DNA from: Laetmonice hystrix
Taxonomy: Eukaryota
Direction: 5' to 3'
DNA length: 64,000 bases
NCBI GenBank assembly: GCA_965235115.1
Contig: OZ249446.1
Coordinates: 6,882,001-6,946,000 of the forward strand
Part shown: positions 51,501-63,947 of the stretch, piece by piece
How positions within the stretch are numbered: position 1 is the stretch's first letter
Layout: each line of letters opens with the position of its first letter
The notes under the pieces: model-generated
What the model was told of the DNA's origin: nothing
What the model saw: the letters and a program-made list of their open reading frames with translations, nothing else
The model's database searches: none
Program-made: the position numbers and the translations under genes

Positions 51501-54500
51501 GTGCTGCACTACACCGACAACAAAGTTGAGGAGAAGGTCCCAATTGTCATAAGATCTGTCAGCCGGGTTCATATCACGAATGCTACCGGAACCATCAATA
51601 ATGATCCCAATGTCCGCAATCCCTTTGCAAGCTGCAGCAGCAAATGGATGAGGAAACACTTCAATAATGTGCAGAACCTTGGAACATTACTATTTCAATA
51701 CAGCATCCATTCCAGAAACCTGTGCAAAGAATCCTCCATTTGGACAATGTAATTATTCCTAATCAAGAGACTCTTTACATAATACCTCGACCTTAACTTG
51801 TTCTACATAGCTCCTCATGTAGACATAAAAATTATTGCAAAAAATGGCAATCGGATTAATATAAAGGAAACATGGCAACAAGCTATCAATTGTGTGCAGG
51901 AGAAAAAACAAGAGAAACTTGCTTGCTGGAGGTGGTGCACATGCCTGGGAAATCAAGTCATCTAGGATGCTGCTGACGGACTGAAAGTCGCTTGATTTGA
52001 AGTAGTTCTGGTCAGGTAGCTGTGGCAACGACGACATGCCTTTCAGCTCTTCCTCATCAATTTCTGTTGTAATTCCCACACAGAAGACCTGTACACCGTC
52101 AGCTTGAAGCGCTTTAGCATATGGAATCGTTTTCTCAGAATCAAAAGTTGACTTTCCATCAGTAACAATGATGGCAATATTGGGAACGTCAGGCCGGTCA
52201 CCGCCCTCAACAGTAAACACCTCATTGCGAGCAACGTAAATACCGCCAGATGTATTGGTGTTTCCACCTGGGTATTCAATCTTGGAAAGGCTACCCAGCA
52301 GTTCCTCAGAGTTTGTGTACTCATTTAGGCCAAATATCAATCGCCCTTTGTTACTGAAGACAACCACTGCAAATCTGTTGCCACTATGAGACCGTGCCAA
52401 GTGTTTGACAACCTCACCAACAAACTGCAGAAGCAGATCCCAATTGTCATAGGATCCATCTGCAGGGTTCATATCACGAATACTACCAGAACCATCAATG
52501 ATGAAGGCAAAGTCGGCAGGGCTATCACAAGCTGAAGCAGCAAATCAGAATCAAAGTCATCAATAGATAGAAAACTTTACAGGACGTCTTCTCCATATTT
52601 AACATGCAACATAAGTCTAATTTTCACTTTATATAATTCAACCCCCAAGGAAAAGTCACTTGCACTGTCACAAATAAAGCCCACTACATTCAAAATTCTC
52701 TGAAGGATTGGTTCTCTAGCTATGAATCATTCTCTCGTTGGTAGTGTGGTTAAGTGTCATTTTAGATCCAACAACTTAACAAATATTAACATCCAATATA
52801 GTCAGAGACTTCTACTGTCTAAATTCAAAGTTATGTCCCAAACAGTGTGCAGTAGTTTATGAGTGTCAACGTTATTAGCCACATCATCAAGGAATAAAAT
52901 CACCTTGGGAACACTCCAAGCTTCCGGTCCTTCGTCTCTGTCAAATTCTTCTCTCACCTCTCCATTAGGTGTTTTAATGCACATTTCCCTTTACACTATG
53001 GGAAGAAGTCATTAATGACAGCTACCTTATAGTGTCTAGATACCCACCTAGGAGTCACTCACTTCATGGAAATTCCAAAATGACTTAAGTGCTACCCCTC
53101 CCCCCTTTTAAGCTCTTTCATATAAACAATCTCATATCCAAAAAGTTAGGAGTCCAAGATAACAGAAAAACCAGTGTCCTCCATCTCATAGGGATTGCAA
53201 AGGGAAGTAGGATCTCTAGAGTTAGATAGCAAAACTTAAGACTATGGTGTGTTTAGTCGGCCTTTCCATAGCTGAAGGTAGAAAACTACTTGCATGGTCT
53301 GGTTGGTGGTGGTGCACTAGCACATGCCTGGGTCAAAAGACTTTCAAGGATTTCATCCAGCTTCTGGAAATCGGGCGATGTGAAATAGTTCCGATTCAAA
53401 ACTTGGGGCAAGGACGATATGGCCTTCAGTTCATCTTCGTCAACATCACTGGTAATCCCAACACTGAAAACCTGAACCCCATCATTTCGAAGATCTTCGG
53501 CCACTGGCACCGTTTTCTGGGAATCAAAGGTCGACTTTCCATCCGTGATGACAATGGCTATGTTGGACACCTCAGGACGGTCACCTTCCTTGCCACTAAA
53601 GAGTTGGCTGCGAGCTATGTACAGACCACCCGAGGTGTTGGTATTTCTTCCAGGATATTCAATCTTCTTGATGGCATCTATGAGCTCTGCCGTATTGAAA
53701 TACTTTCCAAGGTCGAATAGCACTTTGCCATTGTCACTGAATACTACAATACCAACATGGTTACCATTTGCTGACACTGTAAAGTGCTGCACTACACCGA
53801 CAACAAAGTTGAGGAGAAGGTCCCAATTGTCATAAGATCTGTCAGCCGGGTTCATATCACGAATGCTACCGGAACCATCAATAATGATCCCAATGTCCGC
53901 AATCCCTTGGCAAGCTGCAGCAGCAAATGGATGAGGAAACACTTCAATAATGTGCAGAACCTTGGAACATTACTATTTCAATACAGCATCCATTCCAGAA
54001 ACCTGTGCAAAGAATCCTCCATTTGGACAATGTAATTATTCCTAATCAAGAGACTCTTTACATAATACCTCGACCTTAACTTGTTCTACATAGCTCCTCA
54101 TGTAGACATAAAAATTATTGCAAAAAATGGCAATCGGATTAATATAAAGGAAACATGGCAACAAGCTATCAATTGTGTGCAGGAGAATAAACAAGAGAAA
54201 CTTGCTTGCTGGAGGTGGTGCACATGCCTGGGAAATCAAGTCATCTAGGATGCTGCTGACGGATTGAAAGTCGCTTGATTTGAAGTAGTTCTGGTCAGGT
54301 AGCTGTGGCAACGACGACATGCCTTTCAGCTCTTCCTCATCAATTTCTGTTGTAATTCCCACACAGAAGACTTGTACACCGTCAGCTTGAAGCGCTTTAG
54401 CGTATGGAATCGTTTTCTCAGAATCAAAAGTTGACTTTCCATCAGTAACAATTATGGCAATATTGGGAACGTCAGGCCGGTCACCGCCCTCAACAGTGAA

Positions 54501-57500
54501 CACCTCATTGCGAGCAACGTAAATACCGCCAGATGTATTGGTGTTTGCACCAGGGTATTCAATCTTGGAAAGGCTACCCAGCAGTTCCTCAGAGTTTGTG
54601 TACTCATTTAGGCCAAACATCAATCGCCCTTTGTTACTGAAGACAACCACTGCAAATCTGTTGCCACTATGAGACCGTGCCAAGTGTTTGACAACCTCAC
54701 CAACAAACTGCAGAAGCAGATCCCAATTGTCATAGGATCCATCTGCAGGGTTCATATCACGAATACTACCAGAACCATCAATGATGAAGGCAAAGTCGGC
54801 AGGGCTATCACAAGCTGAAGCAGCAAATCAGAATCAAAGTCATCAATAGATAGAAAACTTTACAGGACGTCTTCTCCATATTTAACATGCAACATAAGTC
54901 TAATTTTCACTTTATATAATTCAACCCCCAAGGAAAAGTCACTTGCACTGTCACAAATAAAGCCCACTACATTCAAAATTCTCTGAAGGATTGGTTCTCT
55001 AGCTATGAATCATTCTCTCGTTGGTAGTGTGGTTAAGTGTCATTTTAGATCCAACAACTTAACAAATATTAACATCCTATATAGTCAGAGACTTCTACTG
55101 ACTAAATTTAAAGTTATGTCCCAAACAGTGTGCAGTAGTTTATGAGTGTCAACGTTATTAGCCACATCATCAGGGAATAAAATCATTTGGGAACACTCCA
55201 AGCTTCCGGTCCTTCGTCCCCAGCAAATTCTTCTCTCACCTCTCCATTAATTGTCTTAATGCACATTTCCCTTTACACTTGGGGAAGAAGTCATTAATGA
55301 CACCAGGCTACCTTATAGTGTCTAGATACCCACCTAGGAGTCACTCACTTCATGGAAATACCAAAATGACTTAAGTGCTACCCCTCCCCCTTTTAAGCTC
55401 TGTCATATAAACAATCTCATATCCAAAAAGTTAGGAGTCCAAGATAACAGAAAAACCAGTGTCCTCCATCTCATAGTGATTGCAAAGGGAAGTAGGATCT
55501 CTAGAGTTAGATAGCAAAACTTAAGACTATGGTCTGTTTAGTCGGCCTTTCCATAGCTGAAGTTAGAAAACTACTTGCATGGTCTGGTTGGTGGTGGTGC
55601 ACTAGCACATGCCTGGGTCAAAAGACTTTCAAGGATTTCATCCAGCTTCTGGAAATCGGGCGATGTGAAATAGTTCCGATTCAAAACTTGGGGCAAGGAC
55701 GATATGGCCTTCAGTTCATCTTCGTCAACATCACTGGTAACCCCAACACTGAAAACCTGAACCCCATCATTTCGAAGATCTTCGGCCACTGGCACCGTTT
55801 TCTGGGAATCAAAGGTCGACTTTCCATCCGTGATGACAATGGCTATGTTGGGCACCTCAGGACGGTCACCTTCCTTGCCACTAAAGAGTTGGCTGCGAGC
55901 TATGTACAGACCACCCGAGGTGTTGGTATTTCTTCCAGGATATTCAATCTTCTTGATGGCATCTATGAGCTCTGCCGTATTGAAATACTTTCCAAGGTCG
56001 AATAGCACTTTGCCATTGTCACTGAATACTACAATACCAACATGGTTACCATTTGCTGACACTGTAAAGTGCTGCACTACACCGACAACAAAGTTGAGGA
56101 GAAGGTCCCAATTGTCATAAGATCTGTCAGCCGGGTTCATATCACGAATGCTACCGGAACCATCAATAATGATCCCAATGTCCGCAATCCCTTGGCAAGC
56201 TGCAGCAGCAAATGGATGAGGAAACACTTCAATAATGTGCAGAACCTTGGAACATTACTATTTCAATACAGCATCCATTCCAGAAACCTGTGCAAAGAAT
56301 CCTCCATTTGGACAATGTAATTATTCCTAATCAAGAGACTCTTTACATAATACCTCGACCTTAACTTGTTCTACATAGCTCCTCATGTAGACATAAAAAT
56401 TATTGCAAAAAATGGCAATCGGATTAATATAAAGGAAACATGGCAACAAGCTATCAATTGTGTGCAGGAGAAAAAACAAGAGAAACTTGCTTGCTGGAGG
56501 TGGTGCACATGCCTGGGAAATCAAGTCATCTAGGATGCTGCTGACGGATTGAAAGTCGCTTGATTTGAAGTAGTTCTGGTCAGGTAGCTGTGGCAACGAC
56601 GACATGCCTTTCAGCTCTTCCTCATCAATTTCTGTTGTAATTCCCACACAGAAGACTTGTACACCGTCAGCTTGAAGCGCTTTAGCATATGGAATCGTTT
56701 TCTCAGAATCAAAAGTTGACTTCCCATCAGTAACAATGATGGCAATATTGGGAACGTCAGGCCGGTCACCGCCCTCAACAGTGAACACCTCATTGCGAGC
56801 AACGTAAATACCGCCAGACGTATTGGTGTTTGCACCTGGGTATTCAATCTTGGAAAGGCTACCCAGCAGTTCCTCAGAGTTTGTGTACTCATTTAGGCCA
56901 AATATCAATCGCCCTTTGTTACTGAAGACAACCACTGCAAATCTGTTGCCACTATGAGACCGTGCCAAGTGTTTGACAACCTCACCAACAAACTGCAAAA
57001 GCAGATCCCAATTGTCATAGGATCCATCTGCAGGGTTCATATCACGAATACTACCAGAACCATCAATGATGAAGGCAAAGTCGGCAGGGCTATCACAAGC
57101 TGAAGCAGCAAATCAGAATCAAAGTCATCAATACATAGAAAACTTTACAGGACGTCTTCTCCATATTTAACATGCAACATACGTCTAATTTTCACTTTAT
57201 ATAATTCAACCCCCAAGGAAAAGTCACTTGCACTGTCACAGATAAAGCCCTCTACATTCAAAATTCTCTGAAGGATTGGTTCTCTAGCTATGAATCATTC
57301 TCTCGTTGGTAGTGTGGTTAAGTGTCATTTTAGATCCAACAACTTAACAAATATTAACATCCAATATAGTCAGAGACTTCTACTGTCTAAATTCAAAGTT
57401 ATGTCCCAAACAGTGTGCAGTAGTTTATGAGTGTCAACGTTATTAGCCACATCATCAGGGAATAAAATCACCTTGGGAACACTCCAAGATTCCGGTCCTT

Positions 57501-60500
57501 CGTCTGTGGCAAATTCTTCTCTCACCTCTCCATTAGGTGTCTTAATGCACATTTCCCTTTACACTATGGGAAGAAGTCATTAATGACAGCTACCTTATAG
57601 TGTCTAGATACCCACCTAGGAGTCACTCACTTCATGGAAATACCAAAATGACTTAAGTGCTACCCCTCCCCCCTTTTAAGCTCTTTCATATAAACAATCT
57701 CATATCCAAAAAGTTAGAAGTCCAAGATAACAGAAAAACCAGTGTCCTCCATCTCATAGGGATTGCAAAGGGAAGTAGGATCTCTAGAGTTAGATAGCAA
57801 AACTTAAGACTATGGTCTGTTTAGTCGGCCTTTCCATAGCTGAAGGTAGAAAACTACTTGCATGGTCTGGTTGGTGGTGGTGCACTAGCACATGCCTGGG
57901 TCAAAAGACTTTCAAGGATTTCATCCAGCTTCTGGAAATCGGGCGATGTGAAATAGTTCTGATTCAAAACTTGGGGCAAGGACGATATGGCCTTCAGTTC
58001 ATCTTCGTCAACATCACTGGTAACCCCAACACTGAAAACCTGAACCCCATCATTTCGAAGATCTTCGGCCACTGGCACCGTTTTCTGGGAATCAAAGGTC
58101 GACTTTCCATCCGTGATGACAATGGCTATGTTGGGCACCTCAGGACGGTCACCTTCCTTGCCACTAAAGAGTTGGCTGCGAGCTATGTACAGACCACCCG
58201 AGGTGTTGGTATTTCTTCCAGGATATTCAATCTTCTTGATGGCATCTATGAGCTCTGCCGTATTGAAATACTTTCCAAGGTCGAATAGCACTTTGCCATT
58301 GTCACTGAATACTACAATACCAACATGGTTACCATTTGCTGACACTGTAAAGTGCTGCACTACACCGACAACAAAGTTGAGGAGAAGGTCCCAATTGTCA
58401 TAAGATCTGTCAGCCGGGTTCATATCACGAATGCTACCGGAACCATCAATAATGATCCCAATGTCCGCAATCCCTTGGCAAGCTGCAGCAGCAAATGGAT
58501 GAGGAAACACTTCAATAATGTGCAGAACCTTGGAACATTACTATTTCAATACAGCATCCATTCCAGAAACCTGTGCAAAGAATCCTCCATTTGGACAATG
58601 TAATTATTCCTAATCAAGAGACTCTTTACATAATACCTCGACCTTAACTTGTTCTACATAGCTCCTCATGTAGACATAAAAATTATTGCAAAAAATGGCA
58701 ATCGGATTAATATAAAGGAAACATGGCAACAAGCTATCAATTGTGTGCAGGAGAAAAAACAAGAGAAACTTGCTTGCTGGAGGTGGTGCACATGCCTGGG
58801 AAATCAAGTCATCTAGGATGCTGCTGACGGATTGAAAGTCGCTTGATTTGAAGTAGTTCTGGTCAGGTAGCTGTGGCAACGACGACATGCCTTTCAGCTC
58901 TTCCTCATCAATTTCTGTTGTAATTCCCACACAGAAGACTTGTACACCGTCAGCTTGAAGCGCTTTAGCATATGGAATCGTTTTCTCAGAATCAAAAGTT
59001 GACTTCCCATCAGTAACAATGATGGCAATATTGGGAACGTCAGGCCGGTCACCGCCCTCAACAGTGAACACCTCATTGCGAGCAACGTAAATACCGCCAG
59101 ACGTATTGGTGTTTGCACCTGGGTATTCAATCTTGGAAAGGCTACCCAGCAGTTCCTCAGAGTTTGTGTACTCATTTAGGCCAAATATCAATCGCCCTTT
59201 GTTACTGAAGACAACCACTGCAAATCTGTTGCCACTATGAGACCGTGCCAAGTGTTTGACAACCTCACCAACAAACTGCAAAAGCAGATCCCAATTGTCA
59301 TAGGATCCATCTGCAGGGTTCATATCACGAATACTACCAGAACCATCAATGATGAAGGCAAAGTCGGCAGGGCTATCACAAGCTGAAGCAGCAAATCAGA
59401 ATCAAAGTCATCAATACATAGAAAACTTTACAGGACGTCTTCTCCATATTTAACATGCAACATAAGTCTAATTTTCACTTTATATAATTCAACCCCCAAG
59501 GAAAAGTCACTTGCACTGTCACAGATAAAGCCCTCTACATTCAAAATTCTCTGAAGGATTGGTTCTCTAGCTATGAATCATTCTCTCGTTGGTAGTGTGG
59601 TTAAGTGTCATTTTAGATCCAACAACTTAACAAATATTAACATCCAATATAGTCAGAGACTTCTACTGTCTAAATTCAAAGTTATGTCCCAAACAGTGTG
59701 CAGTAGTTTATGAGTGTCAACGTTATTAGCCACATCATCAGGGAATAAAATCACCTTGGGAACACTCCAAGATTCCGGTCCTTCGTCTGTGGCAAATTCT
59801 TCTCTCACCTCTCCATTAGGTGTCTTAATGCACATTTCCCTTTACACTATGGGAAGAAGTCATTAATGACAGCTACCTTATAGTGTCTAGATACCCACCT
59901 AGGAGTCACTCACTTCATGGAAATACCAAAATGACTTAAGTGCTACCCCTCCCCCCTTTTAAGCTCTTTCATATAAACAATCTCATATCCAAAAAGTTAG
60001 AAGTCCAAGATAACAGAAAAACCAGTGTCCTCCATCTCACAGGGATTGCAAAGGGAGGTAGGATCTCTAGAGTTAGATAGCAAAACTTAAGACTATGGTC
60101 TGTTTAGTCGGCCTTTCCATAGCTGAAGTTAGAAAACTACTTGCATGGTCTGGTTGGTGGTGGTGCACTAGCACATGCCTGGGTCAAAAGACTTTCAAGG
60201 ATTTCATCCAGCTTCTGGAAATCGGGCGATGTGAAATAGTTCCGATTCAAAACTTGGGGCAAGGACGATATGGCCTTCAGTTCATCTTCGTCAACATCAC
60301 TGGTAACCCCAACACTGAAAACCTGAACCCCATCATTTCGAAGATCTTCGGCCACTGGCACCGTTTTCTGGGAATCAAAGGTCGACTTTCCATCCGTGAT
60401 GACAATGGCTATGTTGGGCACCTCAGGACGGTCACCTTCCTTGCCACTAAAGAGTTGGCTGCGAGCTATGTACAGACCACCCGAGGTGTTGGTATTTCTT

Positions 60501-63500
60501 CCAGGATATTCAATCTTCTTGATGGCATCTATGAGCTCTGCCGTATTGAAATACTTTCCAAGGTCGAATAGCACTTTGCCATTGTCACTGAATACTACAA
60601 TACCAACATGGTTACCATTTGCTGACACTGTAAAGTGCTGCACTACACCGACAACAAAGTTGAGGAGAAGGTCCCAATTGTCATAAGATCTGTCAGCCGG
60701 GTTCATATCACGAATGCTACCGGAACCATCAATAATGATCCCAATGTCCGCAATCCCTTGGCAAGCTGCAGCAGCAAATGGATGAGGAAACACTTCAATA
60801 ATGTGCAGAACCTTGGAACATTACTATTTCAATACAGCATCCATTCCAGAAACCTGTGCAAAGAATCCTCCATTTGGACAATGTAATTATTCCTAATCAA
60901 GAGACTCTTTACATAATACCTCGACCTTAACTTGTTCTACATAGCTCCTCATGTAGACATAAAAATTATTGCAAAAAATGGCAATCGGATTAATATAAAG
61001 GAAACATGGCAACAAGCTATCAATTGTGTGCAGGAGAAAAAACAAGAGAAACTTGCTTGCTGGAGGTGGTGCACATGCCTGGGAAATCAAGTCATCTAGG
61101 ATGCTGCTGACGGACTGAAAGTCGCTTGATTTGAAGTAGTTCTGGTCAGGTAGCTGTGGCAACGACGACATGCCTTTCAGCTCTTCCTCATCAATTTCTG
61201 TTGTAATTCCCACACAGAAGACCTGTACACCGTCAGCTTGAAGCGCTTTAGCATATGGAATCGTTTTCTCAGAATCAAAAGTTGACTTTCCATCAGTAAC
61301 AATGATGGCAATATTGGGAACGTCAGGCCGGTCACCGCCCTCAACAGTGAACACCTCATTGCGAGCAACGTAAATACCGCCAGATGTATTGGTGTTTCCA
61401 CCTGGGTATTCAATCTTGGAAAGGCTACCCAGCAGTTCCTCAGAGTTTGTGTACTCATTTAGGCCAAATATCAATCGCCCTTTGTTACTGAAGACAACCA
61501 CTGCAAATCTGTTGCCACTATGAGACCGTGCCAAGTGTTTGACAACCTCACCAACAAACTGCAGAAGCAGATCCCAATTGTCATAGGATCCATCTGCAGG
61601 GTTCATATCACGAATACTACCAGAACCATCAATGATGAAGGCAAAGTCGGCAGGGCTATCACAAGCTGAAGCAGCAAATCAGAATCAAAGTCATCAATAC
61701 ATAGAAAACTTTACAGGACGTCTTCTCCATATTTAACATGCAACATAAGTCTAATTTTCACTTTATATAATTCAACCCCCAAGGAAAAGTCACTTGCACT
61801 GTCACAGATAAAGCCCTCTACATTCAAAATTCTCTGAAGGATTGGTTCTCTAGCTATGAATCATTCTCTCGTTGGTAGTGTGGTTAAGTGTCATTTTAGA
61901 TCCAACAACTTAACAAATATTAACATCCAATATAGTCAGAGACTTCTACTGTCTAAATTCAAAGTTATGTCCCAAACAGTGTGCAGTAGTTTATGAGTGT
62001 CAACGTTATTAGCCACATCATCAGGGAATAAAATCACCTTGGGAACACTCCAAGATTCCGGTCCTTCGTCTGTGGCAAATTCTTCTCTCACCTCTCCATT
62101 AGGTGTCTTAATGCACATTTCCCTTTACACTATGGGAAGCAGTCATTAATGACAGCTACCTTATAGTGTCTAGATACCCACCTAGGAGTCACTCACTTTA
62201 TGGAAATACCAAAATGACTTAAGTGCTACCCCTCCCCCCTTTAAGCTCTTTTATATAAACAATCTCATATCCAAAGAGTTAGCCGTCCAGGATAACAGAA
62301 AAACCAGTGTCCTCCATCTCATAGGAATTGCAAAGGGAGGTAGGATCTCTAGAGTTAGATAGCAAAACTTAAGACTATGGTCTATTTAGTCGGCCTTTCC
62401 ATAGCTGAAGGTAGAAAACTACTTGCATGGTCTGGTTGGTGGTGGTGCACTAGCACATGCCTGGGTCAAAAGACTTTCAAGGATTTCATCCAGCTTCTGG
62501 AAATCGGGCGATGTGAAATAGTTCCGATTCAAAACTTGGGGCAAGGACGATATGGCCTTCAGTTCATCTTCGTCAACATCACTGGTAACCCCAACACTGA
62601 AAACCTGAACCCCATCATTTCGAAGATCTTCGGCCACTGGCACCGTTTTCTGGGAATCAAAGGTCGACTTTCCATCCGTGATGACAATGGCTATGTTGGG
62701 CACCTCAGGACGGTCACCTTCCTTGCCACTAAAGAGTTGGCTACGAGCTATGTACAGACCACCCGAGGTGTTGGTATTTCTTCCAGGATATTCAACCTTC
62801 TTGATGGCATCTATGAGCTCTGCCGTATTGAAATACTTTCCAAGGTCGAATAGCACTTTGCCATTGTCACTGAATACTACAATACCAACATGGTTACCAT
62901 TTGCTGACACTGTAAAGTGCTGCACTACACCGACAACAAAGTTGAGGAGAAGGTCCCAATTGTCATAAGATCTGTCAGCCGGGTTCATATCACGAATGCT
63001 ACCGGAACCATCAATAATGATCCCAATGTCCGCAATCCCTTGGCAAGCTGCAGCAGCAAATGGATGAGGAAACACTTCAATAATGTGCAGAACCTTGGAA
63101 CATTACTATTTCAATACAGCATCCATTCCAGAAACCTGTGCAAAGAATCCTCCATTTGGACAATGTAATTATTCCTAATCAAGAGACTCTTTACATAATA
63201 CCTCGACCTTAACTTGTTCTACATAGCTCCTCATGTAGACATAAAAATTATTGCAAAAAATGGCAATCGGATTAATATAAAGGAAACATGGCAACAAGCT
63301 ATCAATTGTGTGCAGGAGAAAAAACAAGAGAAACTTGCTTGCTGGAGGTGGTGCACATGCCTGGGAAATCAAGTCATCTAGGATGCTGCTGACGGATTGA
63401 AAGTCGCTTGATTTGAAGTAGTTCTGGTCAGGTAGCTGTGGCAACGACGACATACCTTTCAGCTCTTCCTCATCAATTTCTGTTGTAATTCCCACACAGA

Positions 63501-63947
63501 AGACTTGTACACCGTCAGCTTGAAGCGCTTTAGCATATGGAATCGTTTTCTCAGAATCAAAAGTTGACTTCCCATCAGTAACAATGATGGCAATATTGGG
63601 AACGTCAGGCCGGTCACCGCCCTCAACAGTGAACACCTCATTGCGAGCAACGTAAATACCGCCAGACGTATTGGTGTTTGCACCTGGGTATTCAATCTTG
63701 GAAAGGCTACCCAGCAGTTCCTCAGAGTTTGTGTACTCATTTAGGCCAAATATCAATCGCCCTTTGTTACTGAAGACAACCACTGCAAATCTGTTGCCAC
63801 TATGAGACCGTGCCAAGTGTTTGGCAACCTCACCAACAAACTGCAGAAGCAGATCCCAATTGTCATAGGATCCATCTGCAGGGTTCATATCACGAATACT
63901 ACCAGAACCATCAATGATGAAGGCAAAGTCGGCAGGGCTATCACAAG
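41911..63947 (-). CDS. Spliced gene model A (3' part): 20 single-VWA exons, (Y-X)9-Y-terminal, ~4,100 aa in window; 5' end lies beyond the window
   Basis: Alternating 609/621-nt phase 1-1 exons, a 624-nt Y0 exon and a final exon with TGA at 41911-41913. Confidence 0.85.
42777..43400 (-). CDS. VWA exon Y0 (ACDSPADFAF...QACLPSQRTTPKP), 624 nt
   Basis: Acceptor GCTGCTTCAG|CT; donor T|GCAAGT (42771-42776). Confidence 0.9.
43527..43870 (-). pseudogene. Highly degenerate VWA-like relic in the long intron of the 2283-bp unit (first of 9 copies)
   Basis: Fragments REEFATDEG..VPKVILFPDDVANNVDTHK and FIAREPILQRILNVEGFIC echo the VWA C-terminal half; stops and indels vary between copies. Confidence 0.4.
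44163..44783 (-). CDS. VWA exon X1 (ACQGIADIG...QACASAPPPTRP), 621 nt
   Basis: Acceptor TTTGCTGCTGCAG|CT; donor T|GCAAGT. Confidence 0.9.
45075..45683 (-). CDS. VWA exon Y1 (ACDSPADFAF...QACAPPPA), 609 nt
   Basis: Acceptor CTTCAG|CT; donor A|GCAAGT. Confidence 0.9.
46447..47067 (-). CDS. VWA exon X2
   Basis: As X1. Confidence 0.9.
47359..47967 (-). CDS. VWA exon Y2
   Basis: As Y1. Confidence 0.9.
48729..49349 (-). CDS. VWA exon X3
   Basis: As X1. Confidence 0.9.
49641..50249 (-). CDS. VWA exon Y3
   Basis: As Y1. Confidence 0.9.
51011..51631 (-). CDS. VWA exon X4
   Basis: As X1. Confidence 0.9.
51923..52531 (-). CDS. VWA exon Y4
   Basis: As Y1. Confidence 0.9.
53294..53914 (-). CDS. VWA exon X5
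   Basis: As X1; P>S in EVPN. Confidence 0.9.
54206..54814 (-). CDS. VWA exon Y5
   Basis: As Y1. Confidence 0.9.
55579..56199 (-). CDS. VWA exon X6
   Basis: As X1. Confidence 0.9.
56491..57099 (-). CDS. VWA exon Y6
   Basis: As Y1. Confidence 0.9.
57862..58482 (-). CDS. VWA exon X7
   Basis: As X1. Confidence 0.9.
58774..59382 (-). CDS. VWA exon Y7
   Basis: As Y1. Confidence 0.9.
60145..60765 (-). CDS. VWA exon X8
   Basis: As X1. Confidence 0.9.
61057..61665 (-). CDS. VWA exon Y8
   Basis: As Y1. Confidence 0.9.
62427..63047 (-). CDS. VWA exon X9
   Basis: As X1. Confidence 0.9.
63339..63947 (-). CDS. VWA exon Y9
   Basis: As Y1. Confidence 0.9.

Noticed and set aside
44113-63168. Repeated + strand ORFs (158, 96, 83 aa) and 93-aa minus ORFs in the 2283-bp array
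   Set aside because: Shadows of the X and Y exons; they recur only because the DNA is repeated
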